Shown here one piece after another: positions 40,255 to 53,095 of a stretch of DNA of 64,000 bases. The stretch is taken from NCBI RefSeq assembly GCF_037042905.1, contig NC_087252.1, forward strand, positions 16,122,001 through 16,186,000, written 5' to 3'. Positions within the stretch are counted from its first letter, which is position 1, and each line of letters begins with the position of its first letter. The position numbers and the translations under genes were made by a program. The DNA comes from Lytechinus pictus (Eukaryota). The notes below the pieces were generated by a model, which ran no database searches, was not told the DNA's origin, and saw only the letters and a program-made list of their open reading frames with translations.

Positions 40255-41749
40255 CAGTGGCGTAACAGGCGGGGGGGGGGGGGGGCAAGTTGCCCCCCCT
40301 GGCGGATTTCACCGGGGGGAAAAAACGGGAAAAGGGAAAAAAAAAAGGAGGGAGAAAGAAAGGGAAAGGGAGAGGAAAGGGGAAAATGAAAGGAGGAAAG
40401 GGAAAGTGAAAAGAAAACGAAGGAAAACATTATTATGGAAAAGGATTAAGGAAAGCGGGAAAATTTACGAATGAAGAACAGTTGAGAAAGAACAAATCAT
40501 TCCGAAATAGGCCTATGTAATATGCAATAGCACGATGGGAAATAAATTAAAAGATGACAAAATGGCAAACAATAGCGGGAAACGAAGGTATAGAGTAATT
40601 AGTCAAAAGCTAAATTGGAAAACAATTAAAGAAAAGGGACAAGAAAAAATAATAATGACCGGGCTGCCGGTGATTGAAATTAAAGAGCGGGAAGATTTTC
40701 TTAAAGACGGACTGCATGCAACATTGTGCTATAAGCTTGCTATATTCATGCAAAAAAGCTACCGGGGCTTTGCCCCAGACCCCATGCACGCAGTAGGGGC
40801 TCTTCATTTATAACCATCAAATGGCTCTATCACTGGCATACAGGCGGGGGTGGTCTTGGTTCCACACCCAAGAGAAAATAAAAGAAATTATGAAATCAAT
40901 GGAAACAGTGAAATGTTTTATTTGCTGATTATAATGGAAAAATCTATCAAATAATTAGAATTTAATTTCAATAGGCAAGTTTATTTTCTAGCTCGCTTTG
41001 CACGCTGGCGACTTTTTCACAAATTTTTCCCACATTGCTATGTTTTGCCCCCTCAAAATAACGTGTAAAAGCTATATTCTGTATATGCTCGCGATTTGAT
41101 TAAAGTAGCGGCAATCTGCGAGGTTTAAATGGCTTTGATATCGAGAAGTCCCGGACCCCAACCGCACAGCACTGCGTATGGAAGGGTCCGGCCATGGCCC
41201 CGAAAAGTTCTACAGACAAGAACAAAAAAGGAGGAAAGAAAAGCAAAGAAAAAGTGTAGGATATGATTTTATTTACTGAATGTAATGTAAAAAAATAGCT
41301 CAAAGTTAGATTCTCATGAAAAGGTGATTTTTTTCTCGGTCGCTTCGCTCGCTCGGGACTTATATATAGCAGCTTTTAGCACATCTGCTATACTGCGCCC
41401 CTGGTTTTTTTTTTCTTCGCGCTACTGCCACAAAGAATCCTGTTCACAGTGGCGTACAGACCACAAAAATGAATCTAAAGAGAGAAGAGTGAAATATATT
41501 ATTTTCTGGATATCATGTCAAAATCTATCACAAAATTGAATTTTTGTCTTGAAAAGGTCAAAATTTTTGCTCGTTCGCTCGCAACTTATTTCAAAGATAA
41601 ATTTTGCCCAATACGCAATATCTGGCCTTCTCAAAATAGTCGCCTCATTACATCATTACGCCTGTTCATACCATGATATGACCGGGAAATTTTTGGCTCT
41701 TGCCCCCCCCCCCCCCCCCCCCTGGCCACCGAACCCTGTTACGCCGCTG
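40255..41749. mobile_element. hAT-like non-autonomous element
   Basis: cagtggcgtaacagg...cctgttacgccgctg; imperfect 8-bp TSD ccaatagt / ccaatata. Confidence 0.8.
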
Positions 41750-42559
41750 CCAATATAGTAACTTCCCTGAAATTTTTGTTTTTGATTGGCTGTCGAGGAT
41801 TGTTGATGTGGTATTAGCGATTAATCATGGTATTATTTCTTCTTTCGATTAGGCCTATTGTTGCACACACTTAAAATCCATGATTAGATCATATATACAT
41901 GCAAAGAGGGAGAGACCTTCAATGAACTGAGCTTGTCCCAAAATTTTGATATTTCGATCTGAAAAAGCTACAGTTTACTGGACGTTTTTGATAAAGAACA
42001 AGCTATATATCCAAGAAAAGATGATTGCAAATTGAAGCAGTTATTTTGAGGCTTAGAACTGAAAACGGGACATTTACATTTACCAATTTAATCATGAAAA
42101 TTATGAGTTTTTTGCTACAGAAATGATGCGAGCGCGAAGCGCGAGCTGAAAATTTTTATATTCCAATCTGAAAAGCGGACATTTTGAGCACGATTTTAAA
42201 TAAAGAACGAGTTGTGTATCTCAATCTCGCTTGCTGAACATTACAATCTTGTTTTTTTTAATGCATATCCGGAATTATTGGGGGGGGGGGGCAAAATGAT
42301 ATGTTTGCCCCCCAATATTTTCATTGGTGGGGCGATCGCCCCCCCCCCTGCCCCCCCCCCCCCCAGGATCGACGCCTCTGGTCCCAGGTAGGGGATAGGA
42401 AGAAAGAAAGAGAAGGAGTGAGATATAGAAAAAGGGAAAACAAACAAGTCACAAATGGAAAGTCGGAAAGTTGGTAAAATGAATATTGATTAAGGGCCAG
42501 CCTGGAGAAAGAGGGGATAGACAACAAAGCTAAGAAAATAATAGTTAGGAAACAGGTCA

Positions 42560-43040
42560 TAATGACATTGCATTTATATTAGATATTGTCAATTTCAGTT
42601 TGCACAGAGACAGAAGCGAATTCCAATACTTGCATGGGACCATAAGCGAGTGCTTTTAGAGCAAAGGCGATTCTTACATGTGGCATATGATGTCCAGTTG
42701 CCTGCCTAGTATTACCGTGAACTTGTTTGTTCTTTCTAAACATTTGCACTAATGCATTATTCGGAAGTGTACCACTTTCATGATTATATGCATGGACCAA
42801 CTTGATCATACATGAGGCTAATGTATAGAAGAGAAGCTTCTACATAAAACATTAGTGTGTGCACTGTAATCTGCATTGACACCCTTTTTTTAAGTGACAA
42901 GTATCTTTTCTAGTTGGGTTTTTATAGAGACTTATATATACCCCATGCCAAGACTATGTAATGAATATTAGGCAAAATTAGAGTTGAATACAAAAACTAG
43001 CAAAATTTCTTGTGGGACAAAATGTCTTAACTTGCAGATT
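42560..43040 (-). mobile_element. Degenerate 3' fragment of an L2/CR1-group LINE
   Basis: ORF 42579-42809 (LPNN...F...HGNTRQ...P.VR) resembles the C-terminus of LINE ORF2. Confidence 0.55.
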
Positions 43041-44356
43041 ACACAAGCATTTCTAGACAAAACTTTACAAATATTATTTTAGTGATATTTCCAAACTGAA
43101 ATTCTCATCAATGTGTAAAGCAAGAAACTTAGTGGAAGTCACTCTGACAATGTAAGTTTACCAAAAAGTAAATGCATGCCCAGGTATTGGGATTTACTAA
43201 AAGGATGTCTTTTGAAGCCTTTTAAAGACAACTTGATTGCACATATCTACAAAATGACTTTATTAACCGTTTCTAGCAAAACTTCAGGATCTTTATGAGA
43301 AGAAAAAATACACTCGAATCATCCGCAAAAAATAAATTAATGACAAAACCTCAGATGAATAATAAATATCATTGAAAAGTAGGGGGCCCATAAGAGATCG
43401 TTGAGGGACCCCACATGATACAGCTCAATGATTTGAGTCAATTCAATTAAATGATACATACTGATTCCTGTCAGTCAAATAGCTTTTGAACCAGCTATAC
43501 TTCTGACTTCATATTGAGACAGCTTTCTAATAAGTATTTCATGGTCATAGTATAAAAGCTTTCAAGAAATCCAAATATATACCTTTTGTATAATATGGTG
43601 GTCATTTAACACTTGAGCTATTTTATCTACAAAACGTATGTAGTGGTGCGCTTTTCACGAAAACGAAACTGGAATTTCGGAAATAGTTTGGTCTCGATCG
43701 TTTAAAAATGTTACTGTTCTTTTATTTATCAGTTTTTCTAAGATTTTTTAAAAAAGATGTAAGTAACGAGATATAGGTCTATAATTATTTAAAGTTTCGC
43801 CCTTTCTGTATTCTATCATTGCCAATTAGCTTTGTGTTACAGCCCCGTATTTGTTTCTACACAAGTCCATCAAACCATGTATCATACTTTTTACTTCCTT
43901 TTTTTGTAAGCTTTAACTTACACTGTTAAGGGTAATTGCGGCATAATTCTTTTCCCTTCTCTTAAAGCCTCACTGCCTCTCTCTCTCTCAGTCTCTTCTT
44001 TATCTTTATTGCCCTCAACCCTTTTCTTTGTTATTATGTTCAGTCATTGCTTCCTCACATGGGCGGAATTCAATCCCAGAAGGGGGGGGGGGCGTCCCCC
44101 CTACCAAAAATAGTAGGGGGACACAATATCAAATGTCCCCCTACTAGTTTTGGTCTTTTATGACAGAGAAAAATACATCACTCACAATCGAAATAATACG
44201 TGTATTTTTTTACTAAATGCCCTTACATATTTGGTGATACCTTTTTTTTTGGACAAAGTTTCGAGCCCCTGGCCCCCCTCCCTTTGGGGACAGATTTCCG
44301 CCTCATTCTCCCCATCGTGATCTATTTTCAAGCTCCCAATTTAGTTTCTTCTTTAA

Positions 44357-44905
44357 AGGTCAAGTCCACCCCAGCAAAATGTTGATTTGAATAGAGAAAA
44401 ATCAAACTAGCATAACGCTGAAAATTTCATCAAAATCGGATGTAAAATAAGAAAGTTATGGCATTTTAAAGTTTCGCTTATTTTTCACAAAACAGCTAGT
44501 GATATGCACAACTCAGTGACATGCAAATGAGTCTGTCGATGATGTCCATCTTTTCTTTTGTTTTTTATTGTTTGAATTATGCAATATTTCATTTTTTACA
44601 GATTTGACCATTGGGACCGACTTGACTGAATCTATTAAACAATGCTAATTCCACATGTTCAGGTAGGAATTAATCACTGTTTCACTTGACAACGAGGGGA
44701 AAAATAGAATATTTTTCATAAGATACAAAAGAAATAGTGAGTGGATGACGTCATCAGTCTCTTCATTTGCAAACCAACCAGGATGTGCATATGTGCCAGG
44801 ATTATGAAATGTCATAACTTTCTTATTTTGCATCCGATTCTGATGGAATTTTCAGTGTTATGCTTGTTGGATTTTTCTCTTTTTATTAAAATCAATTTTT
44901 CATTA
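44357..44905. mobile_element. Kolobok-like MITE, right end degraded
   Basis: ttaa|aggtcaagtccacccc start; internal inverted repeats. Confidence 0.7.
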
Positions 44906-44927
44906 GGGAGCACTCACTCCCTCCCTC

Positions 44928-44972
44928 CCTGTCTTTCTTTCAAGTGTGTCTCTCTCACAAATTTTTAACAAT

Positions 44973-45004
<32 letters not shown>

Positions 45005-46590
45005 AGCATATTTTTAAAGATGCACTCACAAACACACCTCACGCATGCATTCGCAAGGTTTTTATAAATGTACATATTCATACGTCACGTATACACAAAA
45101 CCAGGCACACACTGGCACCCCCCTCACACCCCCTTCCCTCAATCCTTTTCCCACTTTTCACAATGCACTGTAAGAATAATCAAATTCACATCATAATTTT
45201 TTTCAGCTGTATGAAACAGGTTTATTACAAAAGCATGCATCATCCTTAATATATAAAACTCTCTTTACAACACGAAAATACCCACCCAAGAAAATATCAA
45301 ATGAGCCAGGTTCGTAATATAAGAGATGGAATAATTCTAACAAAAATGGCTTTACATGAACAACATTTAGTTAGATTGTGTTTAGACTACTGTGACTGGT
45401 AAAATCTGAAAAATTAGTTTACCTCCCCTCCAATGAAATGAAATTTTTTTCAATTTATAACACACAATTGAACCAGTAACTCCAATCCAATTATTTACTT
45501 TCTTATCTATTTATTTTTTTGATTTTTATTTATATATTTTCATTATTATTATCATTTTTTTTTTTTTTTTGTTTTGTTTTGGGGGGGGGGGGGGTGGTAA
45601 TACAGAAATCAAGTTATAGTTCCTGTGGTGTAAATAATACATTATAAATTGTAATACTGTACCGAGATAATACTAAAAATAAATAGTCTGGACTAAAAAA
45701 CCAGCCATCCTACCATATTGTAGTAATTGCTCCTATCATTATCTACCTTCATTTTGGCTCGAGTTTTGAGTTGGTACATACTACCAAATCAACTTCCAAA
45801 TAGCCAAGTTAAACCATAGTGAAGGGCTTTGAGCAGTAGTACATTGATAAAGTGCTATATAAATGCAAATTATTATTATTATTGTTCTTATTATTATGAT
45901 TGACCCGAGTAAGACTGGAGGAGGGTTAGGGTTAGAAATTTGGGGGCCTTATGTAGTTCATTAGAGCAAACTTTTGATTTTAAGCACAAAGTAGCATAAT
46001 CAATTAGTAATGAGATTTTTTTATTTGATCTTAATTTTTGTAGATTATGCCACGGGTAACACGCATCACATCGCGTAGTGGACGGCCGAAAACACAAGCG
46101 GGTGAGCTGAATGAACATGCCCTATCTTCTTGAGCATCAAAATAGCTGTCATTTTAGAGTGGACACTACAGGACATGTTTTAAACAAGAACATGCGAATC
46201 CTAGACAAAGAAATCAGGTGGTTTGAGAATCCAGGAGGTAGTTTACAGTTTCAGCTATCAAACGTCTGGGACAGAATTCTGCAAAAAGTTCAGAACCGTT
46301 CTCAATCTCCCTCCCAGGGAACCAAGCAACGCTACAGTTCACTGATTTTTTTTTAGCGAAGTCACTTTTGGTTGGTGGAACATCACAACCATAGAGGATT
46401 GTGAGTTTCTACTAATTGGCAAATCGTCATTTTTTCAGTATAAAATTCATAACTGACTATGTGTTATACATAATCGTCTCTTTTAGGAAAATCTCACAAT
46501 GAGAAAAAATCGAGGGGTTTTCTCCTGTGTGCGTGTCCTTAAATGACGTGTAGGACAGCTCTGTTTACAAAATCCATTTTCACAGTGAGA
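44928..46590. repeat. Segmental duplication: 3' region of locus B, paralogous to 1-1660
   Basis: Colinear match; ORFs 1119-1442 and 46111-46356 are homologous. Confidence 0.95.
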
Positions 46591-47965
46591 GCAACAATAA
46601 GGTTTTTTGTCTGCAGCATGTGTTCTTATATGAGTTGTAAGATCACTCTTTTGAGAAAATCCCTTCCCACAATATGATCAAATATAGGGTTATTCTCCTT
46701 TATGTGTTCTTACAATATGACAGGTAAGATTGCCCTTTTTAGCAAACCTCTTCTCACAATGAGGGCAAATATAGGGTTTTTCTCCTTTATGTGTTCTTAC
46801 AATATGACAGGTAAGATTGCCCTTTTTAGCAAACCTCTTCTCACAATGAGGGCAAATATAGGGTTTTTCTCCTGTGTGTGTTCGTATATGATAGGTAAGA
46901 TTAATCTTTTTAGCAAATCCCTTCTCACAATGAGAGGAAATATATAGGGTTTTTCTCCAGTGTGTGTTCTAATATGATTTGTAAGAGTGGACTTGTCAGT
47001 AAATCTCTTTTCACAATGAGAGCAATGATGAGGTTTTTCTCCTGTGTGCGTTCTTATATAATAGGAAAGATGACTCTTGCTAGAAAATCCCTTTTCACAA
47101 TGAGAGCATTGATAAGGTTTTCTCCAGTATGTGTTCTAATATGATTTGTAAGAACGGTCTTGTGAGTAAATCTCTTTTCACAATGAGAGCAATGATGAGG
47201 TTTTTCTCCAGTACGTTTTCTTATATGACTTGTAAGAGTGGACTTGTCAGTAAATCTCTTCTCACAGTGAGAGCAATGAAAAGGTTTTTCTCCTGTGGTG
47301 TATTCTTAAATGATTTGTAAGAACGGTCTTGTGAGTAAATCTCTTCTCACAATGAGAGCATTGATAAGGTTTTTCTCCTGTGTGTGTTCTTAAATGATGG
47401 GTAAGATTGCCCTTTTGAGAAAATCCTCTTTCACAATGAGAGCAACGATAAGGTTTTTCTCCTGTGTGTGTTCTTATATGACAGGTAAGATGACTCTTTT
47501 TAGAAAATCTGTTCTCACAATGAGAGCAAATATAGGGTTTTTCTCCAGTATGTGTTCTGATATGATTTGTAAGAATGGTCTTGTCAGAAAATCTCTTCTC
47601 ACAATGAGAGCATTGATAAGGTTTTTCTCCTGTGTGTATTCTTATATGACGGGTAAGATCGCCCTTTTGAGAAAATCCTCTTTCACAAAGAGAGCAAATA
47701 TGGGGTTTTGATCCAGTATGTGTTCTAATATGAATTGTAAGAGTGTTCTTGTCAGAAAATCTCTTCTCACAATGAGAGCAAATATACGTTTTTTTCTCCT
47801 GTATGTGTCCTAATATGATATGTAAGACCGACCTTGTTAGAAAATCTCTTGTCACAATGAGAACAACGCTAAGGTTTTTCTCCTGTGCGTGTCCTTCTAT
47901 GACAGAAAAGATGACTCTTTTTTAATAGAAAATCTCTGACCACAATGAGAGCAAACATGGGGTTT
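46483..47965 (-). pseudogene. Decayed zinc-finger units downstream of the locus B stop (probable 3' UTR)
   Basis: About 17 further 84-bp units with small indels (near 47295, 47120, 46940) and stops (46690); ORF fragment 47262-47855. Confidence 0.8.
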
Positions 47966-49743
47966 TTATCCTGTGTGTGTTCTTATATGACAGGTAAGAT
48001 GACTCTTTTTAGAAAATCTGTTCTCACAATGAGAGCAAATATAGGGTTTTTCTCCAGTATGTGTTCTGATATGATTTGTAAGAATGGTCTTGTCAGAAAA
48101 TCTCTTCTCACAATGAGAGCAACGATAAGGTTTTTCTCCTGTGTGTGTTCTTATATGACGGGTAAGATCGCCCTTTTGAGAAAATCCTCTTTCACAATGA
48201 GAGCAACGATAAGGTTTTTCTCCTGTGTGTGCTCTTATATGACAGGTAAGATGACTCTTTTTTGAAAATCTCTTCTCACAATGAGAGCAAATATAGGGTT
48301 TTTCTCCAGTATGTGTTCTAATATGATTTGTAAGAACGGCCTTGTCAAAAAATCTCTTGTCACAATGAGGGCAATGATAAGGTTTTTCTCCTGTGTGTGT
48401 TGTTATATGACGGGAAAGATGACTCTTTTTAGAAAATCTCTGACCACAATGAGAGCAAATATAGGGTTTTTCTCCAGTGTGTGTTCTGATATGATTTTTA
48501 AGATTGACCTTGTCCGAAAATCTCTTGTCACAATGAGTGCAATGATAAGGTTTTTCTCCTGTGTGTGTTCTTATATGACGGGTAAGAGTGGACTTGTCAG
48601 TAAATCTCTTCTCACAATGAGAGCAAATATAGGGTTTTGATCCAGTATGTGTTCTAATATGACAGGTAAGATCAATCTTTATAGAAAATCTCTTCTCACA
48701 ATGAGAGCATTGATAAGGTTTTTCTCCTGTGTGTGTTCTTATATGACGGGTAAGATCGCCCTTTTGAGAAAATCCTCTTTCACAAAGAGAGCAAATATGG
48801 GGTTTTTCTCCAGTATGTGTTCTAATATGATTTGTAAGAACGGTCTTGTCAGAAAATCTCTTCTCACAATGAGAGCATTGATAAGGTTTTTCTCCTGTGT
48901 GTGTTCTTATATGACGGGCAAGATCGCCCTTTTGAGAAAATCCTCTTTCACAAAGAGAGCAAATATGGGGTTTTTCTCCAGTATGTGTTCTAATATGATT
49001 TGTAAGAGTGGTCTTGTCAGAAAATCTCTTACCACAATGAGAGCAAATATAGGGTTTTGATCCAGTATGTGTTCTAATATGAATTGTAAGAGTGTTCTTG
49101 TCAGAAAATATTTTCTCACAATGAGAACAAATATAGGGTTTTTCTCCCGTGTGTGTTCGTACATGATGGGTAAGATCACTTTTTTTAGCAAATCCCTTCT
49201 CACAATGAGAGCAAATATAGGGTTTTTCTCCAGTGTGTGTTCTAATATGATTTGTAAGATTGGCCTTGGTAGAAAATTTCTTCTCACAATGAGAGCACTG
49301 ATAAGGTTTTTCTCCTGTGTGTATTCTTATATGACGGGTAAGATCGCTCTTTTGAGAAAATCCCTTCTCACAATGAGAGCAGATATAGGTTTTTTTTCCT
49401 GTTTGTGTTCTTATATGATGGGTCAGATAACTCTTTTGAGAACATCCCTTGTCACAATGAGAACTATAAGATTCTTCTCCAGTGTGTGTGCTCATATGGG
49501 TTACAATATAATCCCTACATTCGAATTTCTTATGGCAATGGGGGCACTTGAAGCATCTGTCTCCAAACTCTGTCCAAGTATGACTAGCAAACTCAACTTC
49601 CCTAGAGTGTGTTTTATGATGTAGAACTAAAGAACTCTCATCGATAAATGTCTTATTGCATTGTAAACACTGATGGGACTCATCTTCACTGCATTCTGTC
49701 ATTGATGATTGTCTTATGTCCTCTCCATCCAAAAGATCTTTAT
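47966..49743 (-). CDS. Locus B terminal coding exon: C2H2 zinc-finger protein (17 canonical tandem fingers, 2 N-terminal fingers, 1 degenerate)
   Basis: ORF 47966-49804; polypyrimidine acceptor ttttccttccag| at 49744/49743. The spliced model 59268-59169, 54548-54468, 52311-52231, 52116-52036, 51361-51281, 49743-47966 totals 2202 nt (733 aa plus stop). Confidence 0.85.
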
Positions 49744-49868
49744 CTGGAAGGAAAACAAAATCATCTTGTTCAGATCGTAAAAACGTTAAGAGTAAATTAA
49801 ACAAGCTCTCATCTAAAAAAAAAAAAAATAATAAAATTCAATTTGTTCATGGTGTGTTATCATTTCAA

Positions 49869-50480
49869 CACTAAGACATAATCTATTGTGAGTGCTCTAT
49901 CCTTTGAAGGACCTTTGAAAGACCAAAATTTGGCAAGGTCTTACAGTAGTCTACAACATAACTGAAATATGTCATTTTTCTGTGGAATGGCTAAGAAAGA
50001 CCCCTCAAAGAATTCTGAAAGACTGATGAATATTTCTTGCCTTTTTGGTCTTTGACTAGTCCTATAGAGATCTTTCAACGGTCTTAAAGAGATATTTTAT
50101 GCAACAAGTGATCTTTCAGAATTCTTTCCATGGACTTTGCCTGGTCTTTCAATGATCTTTCATATCTCTCACAAGCCCTACAGTGATCTCTGCAAAAATC
50201 TTGGGAGACTGTCGAAAGATCATGCAAAGACTAATAAGAAATTTGAAAGTTCATTGAAAGACTACTGAAAGACTGCTGAAATCCATTAAAAAAATGTTTT
50301 CCAGTAAGACCGCTGAAAGACTGTTTTGAACCATTTCAAAAAGTTTTGAAGATCATTGAGACCACTGAAAGAGCCATCAGGAATCGTGAAAGACTCAGAG
50401 ATCTTTGAAAGAAGGACGCTTGAAAGATCAAGCAAGTTTCATGGTCTCACAGCAGTCTTTTAGAGGTCTTGCTCTCAGTG
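49869..50480. mobile_element. CACT...AGTG element with gaaagac/gtctttc subterminal repeats; largely absent from paralog A
   Basis: Repeated motif in both orientations; only a short remnant at about 8945-8975. Confidence 0.55.
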
Positions 50481-51280
50481 TCTCCCAGTGAGACCTTGTA
50501 ATCACCAAACAGGATATTAACCTAGATTCTCAAAAACATGAAAAACAGGAACCCCTAATTCTTTACCCTATCTAGGTGCCTAAACGACTCATTCAACATT
50601 TTTGCCTTACAAAAAAAAAAAAAAAAAAAACCCTCCCTTTTTTTTAACTTTCAAATCTTGCGCAACTTTTTAAACCACTTTTGCCACACCCAAATTCGCG
50701 GTTCTGAAATTACGCAACATCTTGGAAGTGCATGTCAGACCAAAAATTGCTCAAAAACGTGATTTCATGTACAAAGTCAATGGAAATTAAGATTTCAACA
50801 AAAAAATCATAAACATATGATTATTTTTAGTTTTGCTGGTTTAAATGGATTTGTTTTATGCTGTTTATGATCTTAAAAGTCCCTGACAAAGTTCATCAAA
50901 AAAACAATGACAAACAAAAGGTTAAGAAAACAAGGAAATACAAAAGAAATTGCAAAACAAATACATAAGATATTGATCTGATATCGCAATTTTTCATGTA
51001 CATTTGCTAAGAACAAGACGAAGAGTTTCTATACCAAAAATCATTAAGAGCTTTATTTAGGGAGTTAGAGGAAAAAGTATGATTTTGCATACTAATTATG
51101 CATTTGCATGAAACAAATTACATACAATTTTGTATATTATGTTCCAGACAACATGCATGCCGATTTTTTACGGGATCGTGAGATCAACGACCGAGATATC
51201 AAGGCGGGCCTGAGCCCACCCCCCCCCCCCGACCATATGAACTCCCAAAATACCAGTGTACCAGTACCACTTTATCTTAC

Positions 51281-51361
51281 CTTGTGTGGTCCATTGGTCT
51301 TGAGCTGTATCAGGGTTGGTCATGTCTTCATCTACTTCCTGTTTGATGATGAAGGTTGAAC
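51281..51361 (-). CDS. Locus B 81-bp cassette exon (GSTFIIKQEVDEDMTNPDTAQDQWTTQ)
   Basis: AG/GT splice sites; peptide in ORF 51168-51464. Confidence 0.75.
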
Positions 51362-51409
51362 CTAGTATAAACAGATAAATAGTAAGCAAATAATGAAGAT
51401 AACAATCAA

Positions 51410-51962
51410 CCCGGGGGGGGGGGGGGGGGACTAACATTGACGAGTGGATACCATGCGCGACCATGGGGTCTCGAAAAGCACCCTAGACACGTTTTTTCCA
51501 TATTCTGAAAATGCACCCCTTAACAAGTATTGGCAAGTGAAAACCTGCCCTTAACAAGTATTGGAAACAAAACAATACTCTTGGCAAGAATTCCATGAAA
51601 TGAACCCCTAAACAAGTACAACTATATTTTATTGTTATGTCATGGGGCCATCGGTCGTCGGTTTTACCTTTGACACACCATTTGGTTTAGTACGGCCCCA
51701 CCTTCAAAACCTCGCGCAAATCGGACTCTAAACACGTACATTTCAATTTTGTTTTGTCATCCCAGCAAATTATGACCCTAAACACGTAGCTTTCCTAGCA
51801 AAAAATATACCCTTTTTTCATCATTTTAGTGTTCTTAACACCCTTATCACATTACGTACGTAACGTGCCCTATCTTGAAAAAGACATCCTTTTTACGTGT
51901 TTTTTTGGTCGCGCATGGTACCCACTCGTCAATTGTAAGTGGCCCCCCCCACCCCCCCCGGG
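51410..51962. mobile_element. CCCGGG-terminated MITE
   Basis: TIR core acattgacgagtggataccatgcgcgacca; target duplication caatcaa on both sides. Confidence 0.85.
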
Positions 51963-52035
51963 CAATCAACAATGTTTGACTCTTTGAACATCAATAATGC
52001 TTGTTCTAGAACATACATGAACCACTTTATCTTAC

Positions 52036-52116
52036 CTTGTGAGGTCCATTGGTCTCGAGCTGTACCAGGGTTGGTCATGTCTTCATCTACTTCACGTTTG
52101 ATGATGAAGGTTGAAC
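52036..52116 (-). CDS. Locus B 81-bp cassette exon (GSTFIIKREVDEDMTNPGTARDQWTSQ)
   Basis: AG/GT splice sites; peptide in ORF 51929-52189. Confidence 0.75.
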
Positions 52117-52230
52117 CTAGTATAGACAGATAAATAGTAAGCAAATAATGAAGATAACAATCAGCAATGTTTGACTCTTTGGACATCAATTATGCTTGTT
52201 CTAGAACATACATGAACCAGTATATCTTAC

Positions 52231-52311
52231 CTTGTGTGGTCCATAGGTCTCGAGCTGTATCAGGGTTGGTCATGTCTTCATCTACTTCACGTTTGATTGT
52301 AATGGTTTGAC
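52231..52311 (-). CDS. Locus B 81-bp cassette exon (GQTITIKREVDEDMTNPDTARDLWTTQ)
   Basis: AG/GT splice sites; peptide in ORF 52190-52381. Confidence 0.75.
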
Positions 52312-52335
52312 CTAGTATAAAAAGATAAATTTTAA

Positions 52336-53095
52336 CCCTAAAATGGCCGGGGGGGGGTTGAATCAACCCCCCCCTCAACATTTTCTGCGATCATTCCGCC
52401 GTGCAAAATTTTTTGACCGAGCCACTCGCAGAGTTTATGCTTTTAAGTCTCGCGCATCTTTTGAGACCAAATTTACGACGCCCGAGTACGCGGTTCCGAA
52501 ATTACGCAACATTTTGTAAGTGCATGTCAGACCAAAAATCGTTCCAAAACGTGATTTGTGTACAAAGTCAATGCAAATTGAGTTTTCTCATCTTATTCAT
52601 AAAGATATGATTATTTTTACTTTAAACTGCTGAAAGCAATTGATTTTAGCATAATTATGCTTCAAAAAGGTTGTGCAATAATTCTGGTGAAAAAACAAAG
52701 AAAAACAAAAGGTTGAAAAACAAAGAAATACATAAGAAATTCATAAAACAATAAAATACATAAGAAATTGATTTCCAAACCGAAGTTTTTTTCAATTGCC
52801 ATTGTTAAGAATGCTACAAAGAATATTTTAACCAAGAATTAGCATTCTAGGAGCTTTATTTAGTGAATTAGAGCAAAAAGTATGATTTATGCATAAATTA
52901 GCATAATTAATTCATATAAAATAAAATCTCATTATTTTGGAAAATTCTACCATACAGCCTTGTAGATTACATCGCACACTACCAGCGTGCAAATTTTTGC
53001 GGCGCTCGCGCGATCGGCGGCCGAGATATCAGGGGGGGGTTGAATCAACCCCCCCCCGGCCACAGAACAGCCAAAAAAGCCCGGCCTAGTTAGGG
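52336..53095. mobile_element. piggyBac-like MITE
   Basis: ttaa|ccctaa...ttaggg|ttaa; empty site in paralog A at about 12940 (aagataaattttaaacaaattattaag). Related decayed copies at about 50565-51250 and 12985-13620. Confidence 0.9.
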
